The translations under genes and the position numbers were made by a program. The notes below the pieces were generated by a model. The model searched no databases. It was not told the origin of the DNA and saw nothing but the letters and a program-made list of their open reading frames with translations. This document shows positions 17,351 to 26,926 of a stretch of DNA of 64,000 bases, in pieces; position 1 is the first letter of the stretch; every line of letters begins with the position of its first letter. Source of the DNA: a virus (lineage: Duplodnaviria; Caudoviricetes); IMG/VR virus record IMGVR_UViG_3300020460_000013, positions 37,322 through 101,321 of that record, one strand, 5' to 3'.

Positions 17351-18232
17351 TTAAAAACCTTCTGCAATTTTCTCTTTTGTTATGATACCAAGTTCTCTAA
17401 ACTGTAAGGTTAGTTCTGTTTCCACTGGTTGATCATCAACAAAAAATTGTGTTCTTTCTCCACCATATTTTACCTGTACTGACTCTAATGCACATTCGTC
17501 AATTCTATGTAAGTGTCTGCCAGGTACATATGAAATATCAAATGTGGATGGTACTTCCATTGTTCTACCACCAACACCACCCTCTACAGGAAATTCAGGC
17601 ATTGCATGATATCGAAATAATGTAACAATTTCTTTAATTATTTGTGCTTCTTCTGAACTTTTTGGTAACATTCTAAAAGTAAATGCAAATGCTCTCCTAT
17701 CAATACCTTCAAACTTTAATTCAGTTCTATTGTTTGTAACTCTTCCTTTACCCAATTCTAAAGCTGCTTTTGCACCTGTTACACCAAGTCCTTCAGCAAC
17801 ATTTGCAACTAATCTTGATCCTTCTGCAGCCACAGCACTTGCAACTCTATCAGCAGTTTCTTTTGAGTTTATATTATCTTGATTTATTGCATTACCAGCT
17901 GCAAGTAATCCAGCGACTATTAACCCTATCTCTGTGTCTGCATAATTTACTTTGTGTGATACTTCAATAGTGGGTGGCATCTGTATTTGAATTGTTGAAT
18001 TTAAAGTTTTTCTAGGTGGTCTTGGAACTGTTATATATTCATTACCACCAATACCACTTGCGTCTATTGCTCCACTACCATAACTTATAGTTGGTTGTTC
18101 TCGTACTCTTATTTGAAATTGAATGTAATGACTACTACTTTTACCATCTACATCTAGTGGATATTGATAAGAAGTCCTATTTGCAGTGATGTGTGATTTT
18201 TGTCCATCAGTTCCTATGATTAATTGAGCCAT
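17351..18232 (-). CDS. Baseplate tail-tube cap gp48
   Basis: YPLD, FEGIDRRAFAFTF.MLPKS.EEA and LQFREL motifs. Confidence 0.85.
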   Translation of the reverse strand: MAQLIIGTDGQKSHITANRTSYQYPLDVDGKSSSHYIQFQIRVREQPTISYGSGAIDASGIGGNEYITVPRPPRKTLNSTIQIQMPPTIEVSHKVNYADTEIGLIVAGLLAAGNAINQDNINSKETADRVASAVAAEGSRLVANVAEGLGVTGAKAALELGKGRVTNNRTELKFEGIDRRAFAFTFRMLPKSSEEAQIIKEIVTLFRYHAMPEFPVEGGVGGRTMEVPSTFDISYVPGRHLHRIDECALESVQVKYGGERTQFFVDDQPVETELTLQFRELGIITKEKIAEGF

Positions 18233-18274
18233 ATAAATAGTCCTAAATATATTATGGTTTCAATAGTATTTATA
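18232..18274. promoter_or_regulatory. Face-to-face late promoters for the divergent gp48 and gp4 operons
   Basis: TATAAATA on plus at 18232-18239 and on minus at 18274-18267. Confidence 0.8.
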
Positions 18275-18278
18275 CATC

Positions 18279-18707
18279 ATGACATACAAAGGTAGATATA
18301 TTCCCTCAAAACCTAGAAAATATAAAGGTGACCCATCAAACATAATTTATAGAAGTTTATGGGAACGTAAATTTATGGTCTATTGTGATAGAAATGATGC
18401 AATATTAGAGTGGGGCAGTGAAGAAATAATCATACCATATAAGTCACCTCTTGATGGTAGAATACACAGGTACTTTCCAGATTTCTATGTAAAAGTAAAA
18501 CAAAATGATGGTACTATTAAAAAGATGATTATAGAAGTTAAACCAAAGAAACAATGTAAACCACCTGTCGGTAAAAAGAAAACCAAATATTATATAAAAG
18601 AAGTTCAGACATGGGGTGTTAATAAAGCCAAGTGGGAATATGCGTTAGAGTGGTGTAAAGATAGAAATATGGAATTTAAAATTCTAACAGAAGATCATCT
18701 TGGTTAA
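18279..18707 (+). CDS. Head completion nuclease gp4
   Basis: YRSLWE, W.SEE, RYFPDF and EVKP motifs. Confidence 0.9.
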   Translation: MTYKGRYIPSKPRKYKGDPSNIIYRSLWERKFMVYCDRNDAILEWGSEEIIIPYKSPLDGRIHRYFPDFYVKVKQNDGTIKKMIIEVKPKKQCKPPVGKKKTKYYIKEVQTWGVNKAKWEYALEWCKDRNMEFKILTEDHLG

Positions 18708-18724
18708 GTCATATAAATAGGAGT

Positions 18725-19297
18725 ATGACAGAATTAATTGAAGGTATACTAAAGAAAACTGGTGGTAAAGATAGATCAATTCGTTGGTTTCGTGAGAAAG
18801 TCAAAGAGTTGGGTGAAGTACCACCACAAAGACTTATTCGTGAAGGAATAGTTACAGCCAGACCTACGTTTGGTACTATGAACTTTTTTATGTATAGTCC
18901 TAAGAATAAAGACAATGTTGACATACTACCATATTATGATAGATTTCCTTTAGTCATGCCCATTGAACAATATAACAATGGTTTTCTAGGTTTAAACTTT
19001 CACTACCTATCCATACCCATGAGATTAAAACTTCTAAACATCATTAGTGAATATGCAAGTAATGATAAGTTAGATGAAACTACTAGAATAAGATTAACAT
19101 GGAATAGAGTAAAAAGAAATCCAATTGTAAAACCTACAGTAAAAAGATATCTTGCAGATCATGTAAGAACTGCATTTCGTAGAATTAATGCAGATGAAAT
19201 GATGGTTGCAGTTTTATTACCTGTGCAAAGATTTGTAAGAGCAACTGAAACAAAAGTTTATGCAGACTCAAGAATGTCTGCAAATAGGAGAGGATAA
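18725..19297 (+). CDS. DNA end protector gp2
   Basis: LPYYDRFPL and GLNFHYL motifs; TATAAATA at 18712-18719. Confidence 0.9.
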   Translation: MTELIEGILKKTGGKDRSIRWFREKVKELGEVPPQRLIREGIVTARPTFGTMNFFMYSPKNKDNVDILPYYDRFPLVMPIEQYNNGFLGLNFHYLSIPMRLKLLNIISEYASNDKLDETTRIRLTWNRVKRNPIVKPTVKRYLADHVRTAFRRINADEMMVAVLLPVQRFVRATETKVYADSRMSANRRG

Positions 19298-19941
19298 TGG
19301 CTGCACTAGATGAATTTATTGCAAGTTTTAGTAAGTATGGTGGACACGCACTTGCAAATAGATTTGAAGTAAAAATAACATCACCACCAGCGATAAGAGA
19401 TCCTAACGCAGATAAACACGTATCATTTAGAGTTGAAGCGTTCACCATGCCAGGTAAAAACATAAGAACTGTTACAAATGAAACAGTATATGGCCCAACT
19501 TATGAAATGGCTCAAGGATTGACATATGCAGAAGATATAAGTATGACATTTTTTCTATCAGCAGAACATTTTGAAAGACAGTATTTTCTAAAATGGCAAG
19601 ATCTTGTTGTTAAACCAAATAATTACAATCTAGAATATTATAATGAATATGTTACACCAATAGAAGTTTTTCAATTGGGAAAAAATGGTTTACCTCTGGC
19701 TGGTCTTAGACTAAATGAGTGTTTTCCAAAAACAGTTGGTGCAATAGAGTTCAGTGCTCAAAACATGGACATTGCAAGACAAGAAGTTTCTTTTGTTTTC
19801 AAAGATTTTGTTTTTATAGATGCAGATGGAAAAGTAATGGATAATAGTGATAATAGAAAATTTGCAACTACGAATGCACCCATAACTAAAGCTGGGCCTA
19901 AACCAACAAATCTTGGAACATCACAAATTCCATATCGTTAA
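19297..19941 (+). CDS. Tail tube initiator gp54-like
   Basis: NRFEV...PGK...FP..VG tube fold; synteny. Confidence 0.7.
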   Translation: MAALDEFIASFSKYGGHALANRFEVKITSPPAIRDPNADKHVSFRVEAFTMPGKNIRTVTNETVYGPTYEMAQGLTYAEDISMTFFLSAEHFERQYFLKWQDLVVKPNNYNLEYYNEYVTPIEVFQLGKNGLPLAGLRLNECFPKTVGAIEFSAQNMDIARQEVSFVFKDFVFIDADGKVMDNSDNRKFATTNAPITKAGPKPTNLGTSQIPYR

Positions 19942-19962
19942 ATTATAGGAGAAAATTAAATT

Positions 19963-20667
19963 ATGGCGTTACCAAAGTTAGCAACCGCTAAATATGAATT
20001 GACATTACCCTCTACAGGACAGAAAGTAGAGTTCAGACCCTTTCTTGTAAAAGAAGAAAAAATGTTAATGTTAGCACAACAAGAAGGAAGTCAACAATCT
20101 TTAATACGTGCAGTACAGGATCTTATTGATGCGTGTACGTTTGGTAAGTTAGATTCAAAAAAATTACCAACATTTGATATAGAGTATGTATTTTTACAGA
20201 TTAGATGTAAGTCTATTGGAGAAACAGCTACTGTCACAGTAATTTGTCCAGATGATGAAGAAACAAAAGTAAAAGTAGATGTAAATCTATCAGAAGTGCA
20301 ATGTGTTAAAGACAAGAATCATACTAACGATATAAAAATTAGTGATGATGTAGGAATAATATTTGATTATCCAGAAATAAGTAAAGTTGTAAAAATCACA
20401 AGTGGAAAAAATGATGCAGCTGCAACTTTTGATGTTATTAAAACTTGTGTTAATCAAATATATGATACAACAAATGTGTATACTAGAAATGACATAGAGG
20501 ATAAAGATTTAGATGATTTTATTGAATCAATGTCACATGAACAATTTATGAAAGTGCAAAGTTTTTTTGAAACTATGCCTAAAGTGAAACATAAAATAAC
20601 TGTAAAGAATCCTAAAACTGAAGTTGTAAGTGATTTAACATTAGAAGGACTACAAGATTTTTTCTAG
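19963..20667 (+). CDS. Baseplate hub assembly protein gp26
   Basis: MALPKL, RPFLVKEEK, IRCKSIGE and LEGLQDFF motifs. Confidence 0.9.
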   Translation: MALPKLATAKYELTLPSTGQKVEFRPFLVKEEKMLMLAQQEGSQQSLIRAVQDLIDACTFGKLDSKKLPTFDIEYVFLQIRCKSIGETATVTVICPDDEETKVKVDVNLSEVQCVKDKNHTNDIKISDDVGIIFDYPEISKVVKITSGKNDAAATFDVIKTCVNQIYDTTNVYTRNDIEDKDLDDFIESMSHEQFMKVQSFFETMPKVKHKITVKNPKTEVVSDLTLEGLQDFF

Positions 20668-20861
20668 TAGCCCTCTCTCATAATACGTTGGAAAACTATT
20701 ATCAATTAAATTTCCAACTTATGCAACATCACAAGTATTCTTTAACAGAACTAGAATATATGATGCCATGGGAGAGGGAGATATACACTAAATTACTTCT
20801 TCAATGGTTAGATGATGAAAAAACCGCTGAAAGACAAGCGAAAGCAGATGGAAAAAGATAA
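20658..20861 (+). CDS. Baseplate hub assembly catalyst gp51 (not in ORF track); open from the slippery site, first ATG at 20721
   Basis: LENYYQLNFQLMQHHKYSLTELEYMMPWEREIY is the gp51 signature. Confidence 0.85.
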   Translation, partial: FFLVALSHNTLENYYQLNFQLMQHHKYSLTELEYMMPWEREIYTKLLLQWLDDEKTAERQAKADGKR

Positions 20862-20880
20862 ATAGAACAAGGAGAACACT

Positions 20881-21003
20881 ATGGATTGTACTTGTAATAA
20901 TAAATGTAAAAAATGCAATCATGAATGTCATTGTGAAAAACAATGTGAAGAATGTGTTAATGATGTTTGTACTGGTTGCGAATGTGATAATTGTAACTGT
21001 TAG
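20881..21003 (+). CDS. 40-aa metallothionein-like peptide (not in ORF track)
   Basis: MDCTCNNKCKKCNHECHCEKQCEECVNDVCTGCECDNCNC*, 13 Cys and 2 His; AAGGAG RBS. Confidence 0.75.
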   Translation: MDCTCNNKCKKCNHECHCEKQCEECVNDVCTGCECDNCNC

Positions 21004-21056
21004 TGGTAGACTTTATATCACTCAAACATCACTTGGATTATAGAGAGGAAAGTAAA

Positions 21057-21383
21057 ATGGCTGCACAAAAGAAATTAGAAAAAGGTTCACAATATGCAGA
21101 TTTTGATGTGGACGGCGATGGAATAGTAAGTGATGAGGAAATTGAGATGAGCAAAGAAATGATGAGATTAGAGAATGAAGATAAAAAGGCCGATGCACAA
21201 CGTAACATGGCGTGGTTTGCATTGTTTGGTATGTTGTTGTATCCTTTTTCAGTAGTTCTTGCAGAGTGGATTGGATTAGATAAAGCGAGTGGTATACTAG
21301 GTGATATGGCTCCAACATATTTTGTATCAGTTGCAGCCATAGTCGCAGCTTTCTATGCAAAAGAAACCTTTGCGAAAAAATAG
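21057..21383 (+). CDS. EF-hand-like, two-TM membrane protein (holin-like)
   Basis: DVDGDGIVSDEE loop; two hydrophobic helices; GAGG RBS before ATG 21057. Confidence 0.65.
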   Translation: MAAQKKLEKGSQYADFDVDGDGIVSDEEIEMSKEMMRLENEDKKADAQRNMAWFALFGMLLYPFSVVLAEWIGLDKASGILGDMAPTYFVSVAAIVAAFYAKETFAKK

Positions 21384-21392
21384 GACAGAGAA

Positions 21393-23267
21393 ATGGTAGA
21401 AGTAAGTTTTGGTGGCGCTAAAGATTTCAAAACCTTAGTTTCAGAACAACAAGCAAACAATAAAGGTCAAGAAGGACTTTTGAAAGTATTAGAAGATATA
21501 TCTGATACTCAAAATCAAATGGCCCAAGCACAAGGTGTTGAACTGCAAGACAAAAACAAAACTGATGCAAAAGAAACAGAAGATAAAAGAGAACAACTGT
21601 CAATATTTAAAGTTATAAAAAAAGGTATCTTTAGTGTTACCAGTGGTGTAGGTAATCTAACTGGTATTATAGAAAAAAGTGCATTAGATTCTGCAAAAAA
21701 AGCAGGTACTAGTCTTTTAGGTATTGCAAAAAAGTTCTTGTTTGGTGGTGCTCTAATTGCATTATTAGGGTTTCTGGATAGTGAGGAATGGCCCAAGATA
21801 ACAGAAAAAGCACTTGCAATTGCAGATGGTATAAAAAAGTTTGTTTTAAGTCCTTTTTGGCCTGCACTAAAAGATTTTGTATTTTCACCATCATGGGAAG
21901 AATTAAAAACTTTATTTAGTGATTATACTGTTGAAATGGGAACAATAAGTGCAGTTGTAGGTACTTGGGCGATAGTTAAAATAGTTGGTATCGTAACAAA
22001 ACTTGGTGCAGCTTTTACTGCAATCGCTGCTGGTCTAACTGCGATTGGTGGAGTCATAGGATTAGGTGCAGCTGCTACTGGTGCAGTTATCGTTGCAATA
22101 GTAGCAGGAATTTTGTTAACTGCAAAAGGATTGTATGATGCATTTAAAAGTTTTATGGATACTTGGAAAGAAACTGGTAGTATTATGGAAGCGATAAAAC
22201 AAGCTGGTATAGAATTTTATTCTACTATCATAGGACTTCCACTTGATTTATTAAAAGATCTAACGTCTTATCTCTTAAATGCACTTGGATTTGAAGAGAT
22301 AGCTGCAAAACTTGATAGTTTTTCTTTTGAGGATATTATCAATGGATTTCTACAAAATGTAAGTGATTTTATTAGTAATATGTTTACTGCAGCCATAGCT
22401 GCATTTACTCCATCAGATGCATTTATTGAAAGAATAACTGGTATATATGATGACCTTGTAGGATTTTTTACCTCTATACCAGACACAGTAGGTCAAAAAA
22501 TTGAAGATATAAGAAGTTTCTTTGCAAACCTAAATCTTTTTGGTAGTATTAGAGAGTTCTTTGAAAACCTAGATCTTTTTGGTGATATTAGAGAGTTCTT
22601 TGCTAACTTAGATATTTTTGGTAGTTTACGAACTTTTTTAACCACATTTGACCCATTTAAAGATGTAAGAGATGTATTAGCTAACTTAAAACTACCAGAA
22701 CTTCCAGACATAAGTGAATTGTTTGAAAAGACAGTAAAAAAAGTTACAGATTTCTTTGGTGGTTTATTTGATATAAATGTTAAAGATATTGCAAGAGCAG
22801 TTATACCAGACTTTTTAGAGGGGTACATACCATTTTTGAAAAATGATACACCAGTTGAAGAAACAGTTCAAGAACCAGCTGATGTTGAATTAGAAGAATT
22901 AGTAAAAACACCAACTGATGAACAAAAAAGGATTCAAGTTCAAACAGAAATACAAGAAGCAAAAGATAGAATTGCAAGATCAGAGTCTGGTGAAAATGTT
23001 TACAAAGGTCTTGATTACAAAGGAAGAAATCAAGATAGAAAACTTGTCGAACAATTAACTACAGAGTTAAAAACACTATTAGGTAGTGCAGTTGCACAAG
23101 CAAATAATGAACTTGCAGAAGAAAAAAGAACTGGTGGTGGTAGTCCAATAATTACTAATAATAATGTTGTAAATAATAATAATGTAAGTGGTGGTGGTTC
23201 TGGTGGCCCAGCTGTTCCTTATCCTGTTAGAGATTTAACCATTCCTAATTTTACATTTCCTATTTAA
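21393..23267 (+). CDS. Tape measure protein (gp29-like)
   Basis: Long helical protein with a hydrophobic Gly/Ala core, periodic aromatic repeats and a C-terminal NNN tract; follows gp26/gp51. Confidence 0.7.
   Translation: MVEVSFGGAKDFKTLVSEQQANNKGQEGLLKVLEDISDTQNQMAQAQGVELQDKNKTDAKETEDKREQLSIFKVIKKGIFSVTSGVGNLTGIIEKSALDSAKKAGTSLLGIAKKFLFGGALIALLGFLDSEEWPKITEKALAIADGIKKFVLSPFWPALKDFVFSPSWEELKTLFSDYTVEMGTISAVVGTWAIVKIVGIVTKLGAAFTAIAAGLTAIGGVIGLGAAATGAVIVAIVAGILLTAKGLYDAFKSFMDTWKETGSIMEAIKQAGIEFYSTIIGLPLDLLKDLTSYLLNALGFEEIAAKLDSFSFEDIINGFLQNVSDFISNMFTAAIAAFTPSDAFIERITGIYDDLVGFFTSIPDTVGQKIEDIRSFFANLNLFGSIREFFENLDLFGDIREFFANLDIFGSLRTFLTTFDPFKDVRDVLANLKLPELPDISELFEKTVKKVTDFFGGLFDINVKDIARAVIPDFLEGYIPFLKNDTPVEETVQEPADVELEELVKTPTDEQKRIQVQTEIQEAKDRIARSESGENVYKGLDYKGRNQDRKLVEQLTTELKTLLGSAVAQANNELAEEKRTGGGSPIITNNNVVNNNNVSGGGSGGPAVPYPVRDLTIPNFTFPI
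22509..22690 (+). repeat. 39-bp (13-aa) degenerate tandem repeats in the tape measure gene
   Basis: LFGSIREFFENLD / LFGDIREFFANLD / IFGSLRTFLTTFD. Confidence 0.75.
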
Positions 23268-23268
23268 T

Positions 23269-23751
23269 TTACCAAAGACCTCTTCTTACACCAGCTGCAT
23301 AAATGAGTAAACCCATTGCAGTAGCAGCGATTCCTAATACAACTACAACTGCGATTATCTCAATAACTTTTCTTCTCATCTCTTGTTGTGCATAAATCGC
23401 TTGTTGTCTTTTCTTTCTAATATCTGCTTCAGTTCTAACCAATTCATCCCATGCAGACATACCTCTTGAAAGTATAATGATTTGTTTGAGTTGATCTCTC
23501 ATATCTTCTGCTTTTTTCTTCGCCATGAATGTTTGCATAGCCTCTTCTTCAACTGAACCAGCGGCGAACAGTTTTTTAAATAGTGGTGGTCTTTTACTAT
23601 ATTCCTCACACTTCTTAATATCAGATACAGCGCCCATCCAACGTGACAAATCACCAGCCATGGACTCTACATCTCTTCCGACTTCAAAACCTTTTTTAAT
23701 TGTTGTGAAGGCAGCTGTGGCAGCTGCCAAAGCTGTAACTGGATCTATCAT
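23269..23751 (-). CDS. Hypothetical membrane-anchored protein
   Basis: MIDPVTALAAA start; C-terminal TM. Confidence 0.75.
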   Translation of the reverse strand: MIDPVTALAAATAAFTTIKKGFEVGRDVESMAGDLSRWMGAVSDIKKCEEYSKRPPLFKKLFAAGSVEEEAMQTFMAKKKAEDMRDQLKQIIILSRGMSAWDELVRTEADIRKKRQQAIYAQQEMRRKVIEIIAVVVVLGIAATAMGLLIYAAGVRRGLW

Positions 23752-23786
23752 CCTCTCTCCTTTAGATCACAGTACTATTTAGGGAT

Positions 23787-23820
23787 AAAAAAAAGTCAGA
23801 GATACTCTCTCTGACTTTTT
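23787..23820 (-). terminator. Rho-independent terminator after gp32
   Basis: AAAAAGTCAGAGA-loop-TCTCTGACTTTTTTTT. Confidence 0.8.
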
Positions 23821-23847
23821 GTCACATTATTTTGTTTTGATAACGAA

Positions 23848-24738
23848 TTATTCGTTAGCAAGTTTCTCAAAATAGTTCATTGCATCATCATCTTCACTTG
23901 TTGATGCAAGTTCTGGAGCTGGTTCAGATTTAAATGTTGGTTTAAAATCTGTACTATCTTCCTCAACCATTTGAGCAGCAGACTTACCTGTAGTTACAGA
24001 ACCTGTAAGGACAGCATCAAGACGAGTCTTCAACTCATCATAAGATTTGAAATTAGATGGTGCAGTAAAATCTTTTAGTGAATACTGTGTATTCCAGATC
24101 TTTTCCATCTCATCATCACTATCGTTTAGTTTAGATGGTTTATCAAATTCTGATTTATCATAGTTCCAATAACCATCAACCTTACGAATTTTCAATTTGA
24201 AATTTGCACCTTCCCACAAATCAAATGGATTGATAGGAGTTTCATCTTCAAATGCAGGCTGCATCGCTTCACTAAGTTTGTCAAATATTTTCTTTCCATA
24301 TCTGAAAAGAAATACTTTACCTTGATTACTAGGATTTACACTATCACTTACTACATAAATGTTTGAGTAGTATTGTAATTTGCGTTTTTGTTTACGAGCA
24401 ATTTCTTTATCGCTCTCAACACCAGAGTTCCACAACTGTGTGTTATACTCTGAAACAGGGTCTTTCTGATTAATGGTGGTAAGAGAGTTCTCTATATACC
24501 ATTGACCAGTAGGCCCTTGAAACGCATGATTCCAAACACGAACCCAAGGCATTTCCTCATCCTTAGATGCTGGTAAAAATCTTATAACTGCATAACCATT
24601 TCCAGCTTTGTCAACTTGTGGTTTCCAAAGTCTTTCATCTACATAAGATTTTTTATCTGTGGTTGGGGTTTCGTCCTTTTGGACTTGTGCAAGTAATTTG
24701 TCCAGACTACTCTGGTTTCTAAGTGCTGAAATAGACAT
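23848..24738 (-). CDS. Single-stranded DNA-binding protein gp32
   Basis: GNGYAVIRFLP, FD.WEGANFKLK and NYDKSEF motifs; acidic tail. Confidence 0.95.
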   Translation of the reverse strand: MSISALRNQSSLDKLLAQVQKDETPTTDKKSYVDERLWKPQVDKAGNGYAVIRFLPASKDEEMPWVRVWNHAFQGPTGQWYIENSLTTINQKDPVSEYNTQLWNSGVESDKEIARKQKRKLQYYSNIYVVSDSVNPSNQGKVFLFRYGKKIFDKLSEAMQPAFEDETPINPFDLWEGANFKLKIRKVDGYWNYDKSEFDKPSKLNDSDDEMEKIWNTQYSLKDFTAPSNFKSYDELKTRLDAVLTGSVTTGKSAAQMVEEDSTDFKPTFKSEPAPELASTSEDDDAMNYFEKLANE

Positions 24739-24839
24739 ATTATTCTCCTATGTTAATATATGTTTTTCGTATGTTTAAATATGTCACTTGATTCATAATA
24801 TATAACTTTATTTATATCATTTACACAATTGAATGTCAA
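24739..24839 (-). promoter_or_regulatory. gp32 composite promoter and ACATA-repeat leader
   Basis: TTGACA-17-TATAAATA; four ACATA repeats before the RBS. Confidence 0.7.
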
Positions 24840-24845
24840 TATATT

Positions 24846-25202
24846 TTAGTCATCTTTTTCGTGTAATGATGGGGTATTTTCGTATGTACCAGTAAACTTA
24901 ATTCCAAGTTCTTGTGCTTGTTCAAAAGTTAACTTGTCAAATTTCTGAAAATGTTCTTCTTCCCTTTCTACAAGAGCTTCTTGAATTGACTTATCCGATT
25001 GAACATCATGATTAGTACCAATTCTTTCTAGTGTATCTTCTACAGATGGTTGATTGTCATGACTTGCAGCCCATTCTGCATAAGTCAATCCTTCTGTTAT
25101 CTTACGAATTTTTATATCTTCTATAGTTTGTTCTATGAACGAAACTTCTTCTTTTATTTTTTTAAGACTTAATCTAAGTCTAGTGTATTCATCTCTTTCC
25201 AT
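24846..25202 (-). CDS. Hypothetical protein
   Basis: ORF overlapping the thyX end. Confidence 0.7.
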   Translation of the reverse strand: MERDEYTRLRLSLKKIKEEVSFIEQTIEDIKIRKITEGLTYAEWAASHDNQPSVEDTLERIGTNHDVQSDKSIQEALVEREEEHFQKFDKLTFEQAQELGIKFTGTYENTPSLHEKDD

Positions 25203-25929
25203 TTAAATTCTCCATCATTGGAAATATTTTTGAAATTTCGATTGCACAACCTTCTGCAACTTGCATATGTTCTTTCTGTGTACCATTTGCAGTTCTTAAC
25301 TCTATGTAGTGTACCCATGATCTTAGTGTTCCATTCATAAGTATTCTACTCTTAGTCAAACCCTCTGGTAATACTACACGAGCTTGTTCTTTTGCAATAC
25401 CATTTTTTATCGCCCATTCATAAACTTCTTTAGATTGTTTGATAATACCATGTTGTTTGCGTTGCCATTCAGTTATGAGTTCTTGTTTTGATTGATCCAA
25501 TTGTATTGATGGATCATTTTCTATTTCTATAGAGTTTTGTCTATTAGTACTGTCTTGTAATCTACACTCACGTACAGTAAATGCATCACCCATATCATTT
25601 GGATTTGCATATCTTTGACTAAACTCTTGAAATGAGAAACTTCTATGTCTTACAATTTGGTGTGCGATATCTCTTGTTGTTTCTATCTCTATGCAAGCGC
25701 TAGCCATCTCCAATGGCGACCAGTGTTTGTGTTTAATGAGATATAAGATAAGTTTCTGCGCTGTCTTTTTGTTAAATTGGTTTGATGGATTGGAAACACG
25801 AGCACAGTACGAAATGAGATCTTGTACATCTGTTAATCCTTCTTCTGAAAAATTTTCTGTTGGTGTCGAGTACGACACTAGTTTTACGTTTGGTGTCAAG
25901 TTATTTATTCCTTGTTTTTCGGTCACCAT
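25189..25929 (-). CDS. thyX: Flavin-dependent thymidylate synthase
   Basis: RHRSFSFQEFSQRY motif; H.SP.E. Confidence 0.95.
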   Translation of the reverse strand: MVTEKQGINNLTPNVKLVSYSTPTENFSEEGLTDVQDLISYCARVSNPSNQFNKKTAQKLILYLIKHKHWSPLEMASACIEIETTRDIAHQIVRHRSFSFQEFSQRYANPNDMGDAFTVRECRLQDSTNRQNSIEIENDPSIQLDQSKQELITEWQRKQHGIIKQSKEVYEWAIKNGIAKEQARVVLPEGLTKSRILMNGTLRSWVHYIELRTANGTQKEHMQVAEGCAIEISKIFPMMENLNGKR

Positions 25930-25932
25930 ACT

Positions 25933-26130
25933 TTATTTCGCCTCTTCACAACTTAACTGTACTGTGTAATATTCATTAGTTTCCCACCAAGACCAATTAT
26001 CTAGATTGGCCTTTTTATTACATTTTTCAATAGTCATAGGTTCATTTAGAACATATTGATTTCCTATATAGACCCAATCAGTTCCATTATTACCCCATAA
26101 TGAAACTACAAGTACAAATAATTTATCCAT
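25933..26130 (-). CDS. Hypothetical protein
   Basis: GAGG RBS. Confidence 0.65.
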   Translation of the reverse strand: MDKLFVLVVSLWGNNGTDWVYIGNQYVLNEPMTIEKCNKKANLDNWSWWETNEYYTVQLSCEEAK

Positions 26131-26139
26131 TATAAATCC

Positions 26140-26388
26140 TCAATTAACCTTTCTTTTTTGTTTAAAAGATCTTAAAGAAGTTATCTCTTCAACTCTTTTA
26201 GATAAAACTTGATCACGTTTAATTAATTCTGCATTATCATATTCCAGAGTTTTTATCCTACCTTTTAGCTCATTCATTTTTGCACGATAAAAATCTCTTT
26301 CTCTAACAAGTTTACTTTTATTATTAGAGTGCATTTCTTTTTCCACGATCATATCTCCTTTAGTAATTGTAGAAGTTTCATTTTGCAT
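26140..26388 (-). CDS. Hypothetical coiled-coil protein
   Basis: ORF downstream of gp59. Confidence 0.6.
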   Translation of the reverse strand: MQNETSTITKGDMIVEKEMHSNNKSKLVRERDFYRAKMNELKGRIKTLEYDNAELIKRDQVLSKRVEEITSLRSFKQKRKVN

Positions 26389-26924
26389 TTTTGTTTGTCA
26401 AAGCATAAAAATGAACTGTACTTTGTAACCATTCTTCTTATATCTGGCCATATTAAGTCTTGTTTTAAATCTCTGTCAAACTGTTTCATGTAGTTGACCA
26501 AACTTTGTAGTATCACCATAGTTTCCAAACTAATTCTTTTTGCAAGATAAGATTTGATAAGAGTTGGATGTTTACCAGACTCGCACTTAAATATGTTATC
26601 AAAACTTTCTTGAGAAACTAAATGTGACATATCTCTAATAAAGTTATATGTCAACGATTGTTGATTTTTAGACCACTCTATATAATTTTCTTCCTTAAAA
26701 TCTCCAATGTAACCTTTCGGTTGTTTGATAAAGTTAGATAGAAAAAAATCTAATTCTTTACCCTCATATTTTCTTGCAACTCTTGAGAAAAAATTCCTGT
26801 CTTTTCTTTTCAAAAAAGATGCTTTTGAGGCAGATGTTTTACCACCATATCTTTTGTAATCATAGTCACTTGTAAAGTGTAATTTAAGACCTAGATACAT
26901 TTGATAGGCTTCCCACGATTCCAT
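26349..26924 (-). CDS. Helicase loader gp59
   Basis: Y.MYLGLKLHF...YDY..Y.G; ISLET. Confidence 0.9.
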   Translation of the reverse strand: MESWEAYQMYLGLKLHFTSDYDYKRYGGKTSASKASFLKRKDRNFFSRVARKYEGKELDFFLSNFIKQPKGYIGDFKEENYIEWSKNQQSLTYNFIRDMSHLVSQESFDNIFKCESGKHPTLIKSYLAKRISLETMVILQSLVNYMKQFDRDLKQDLIWPDIRRMVTKYSSFLCFDKQKCKMKLLQLLKEI

Positions 26925-26926
26925 AA

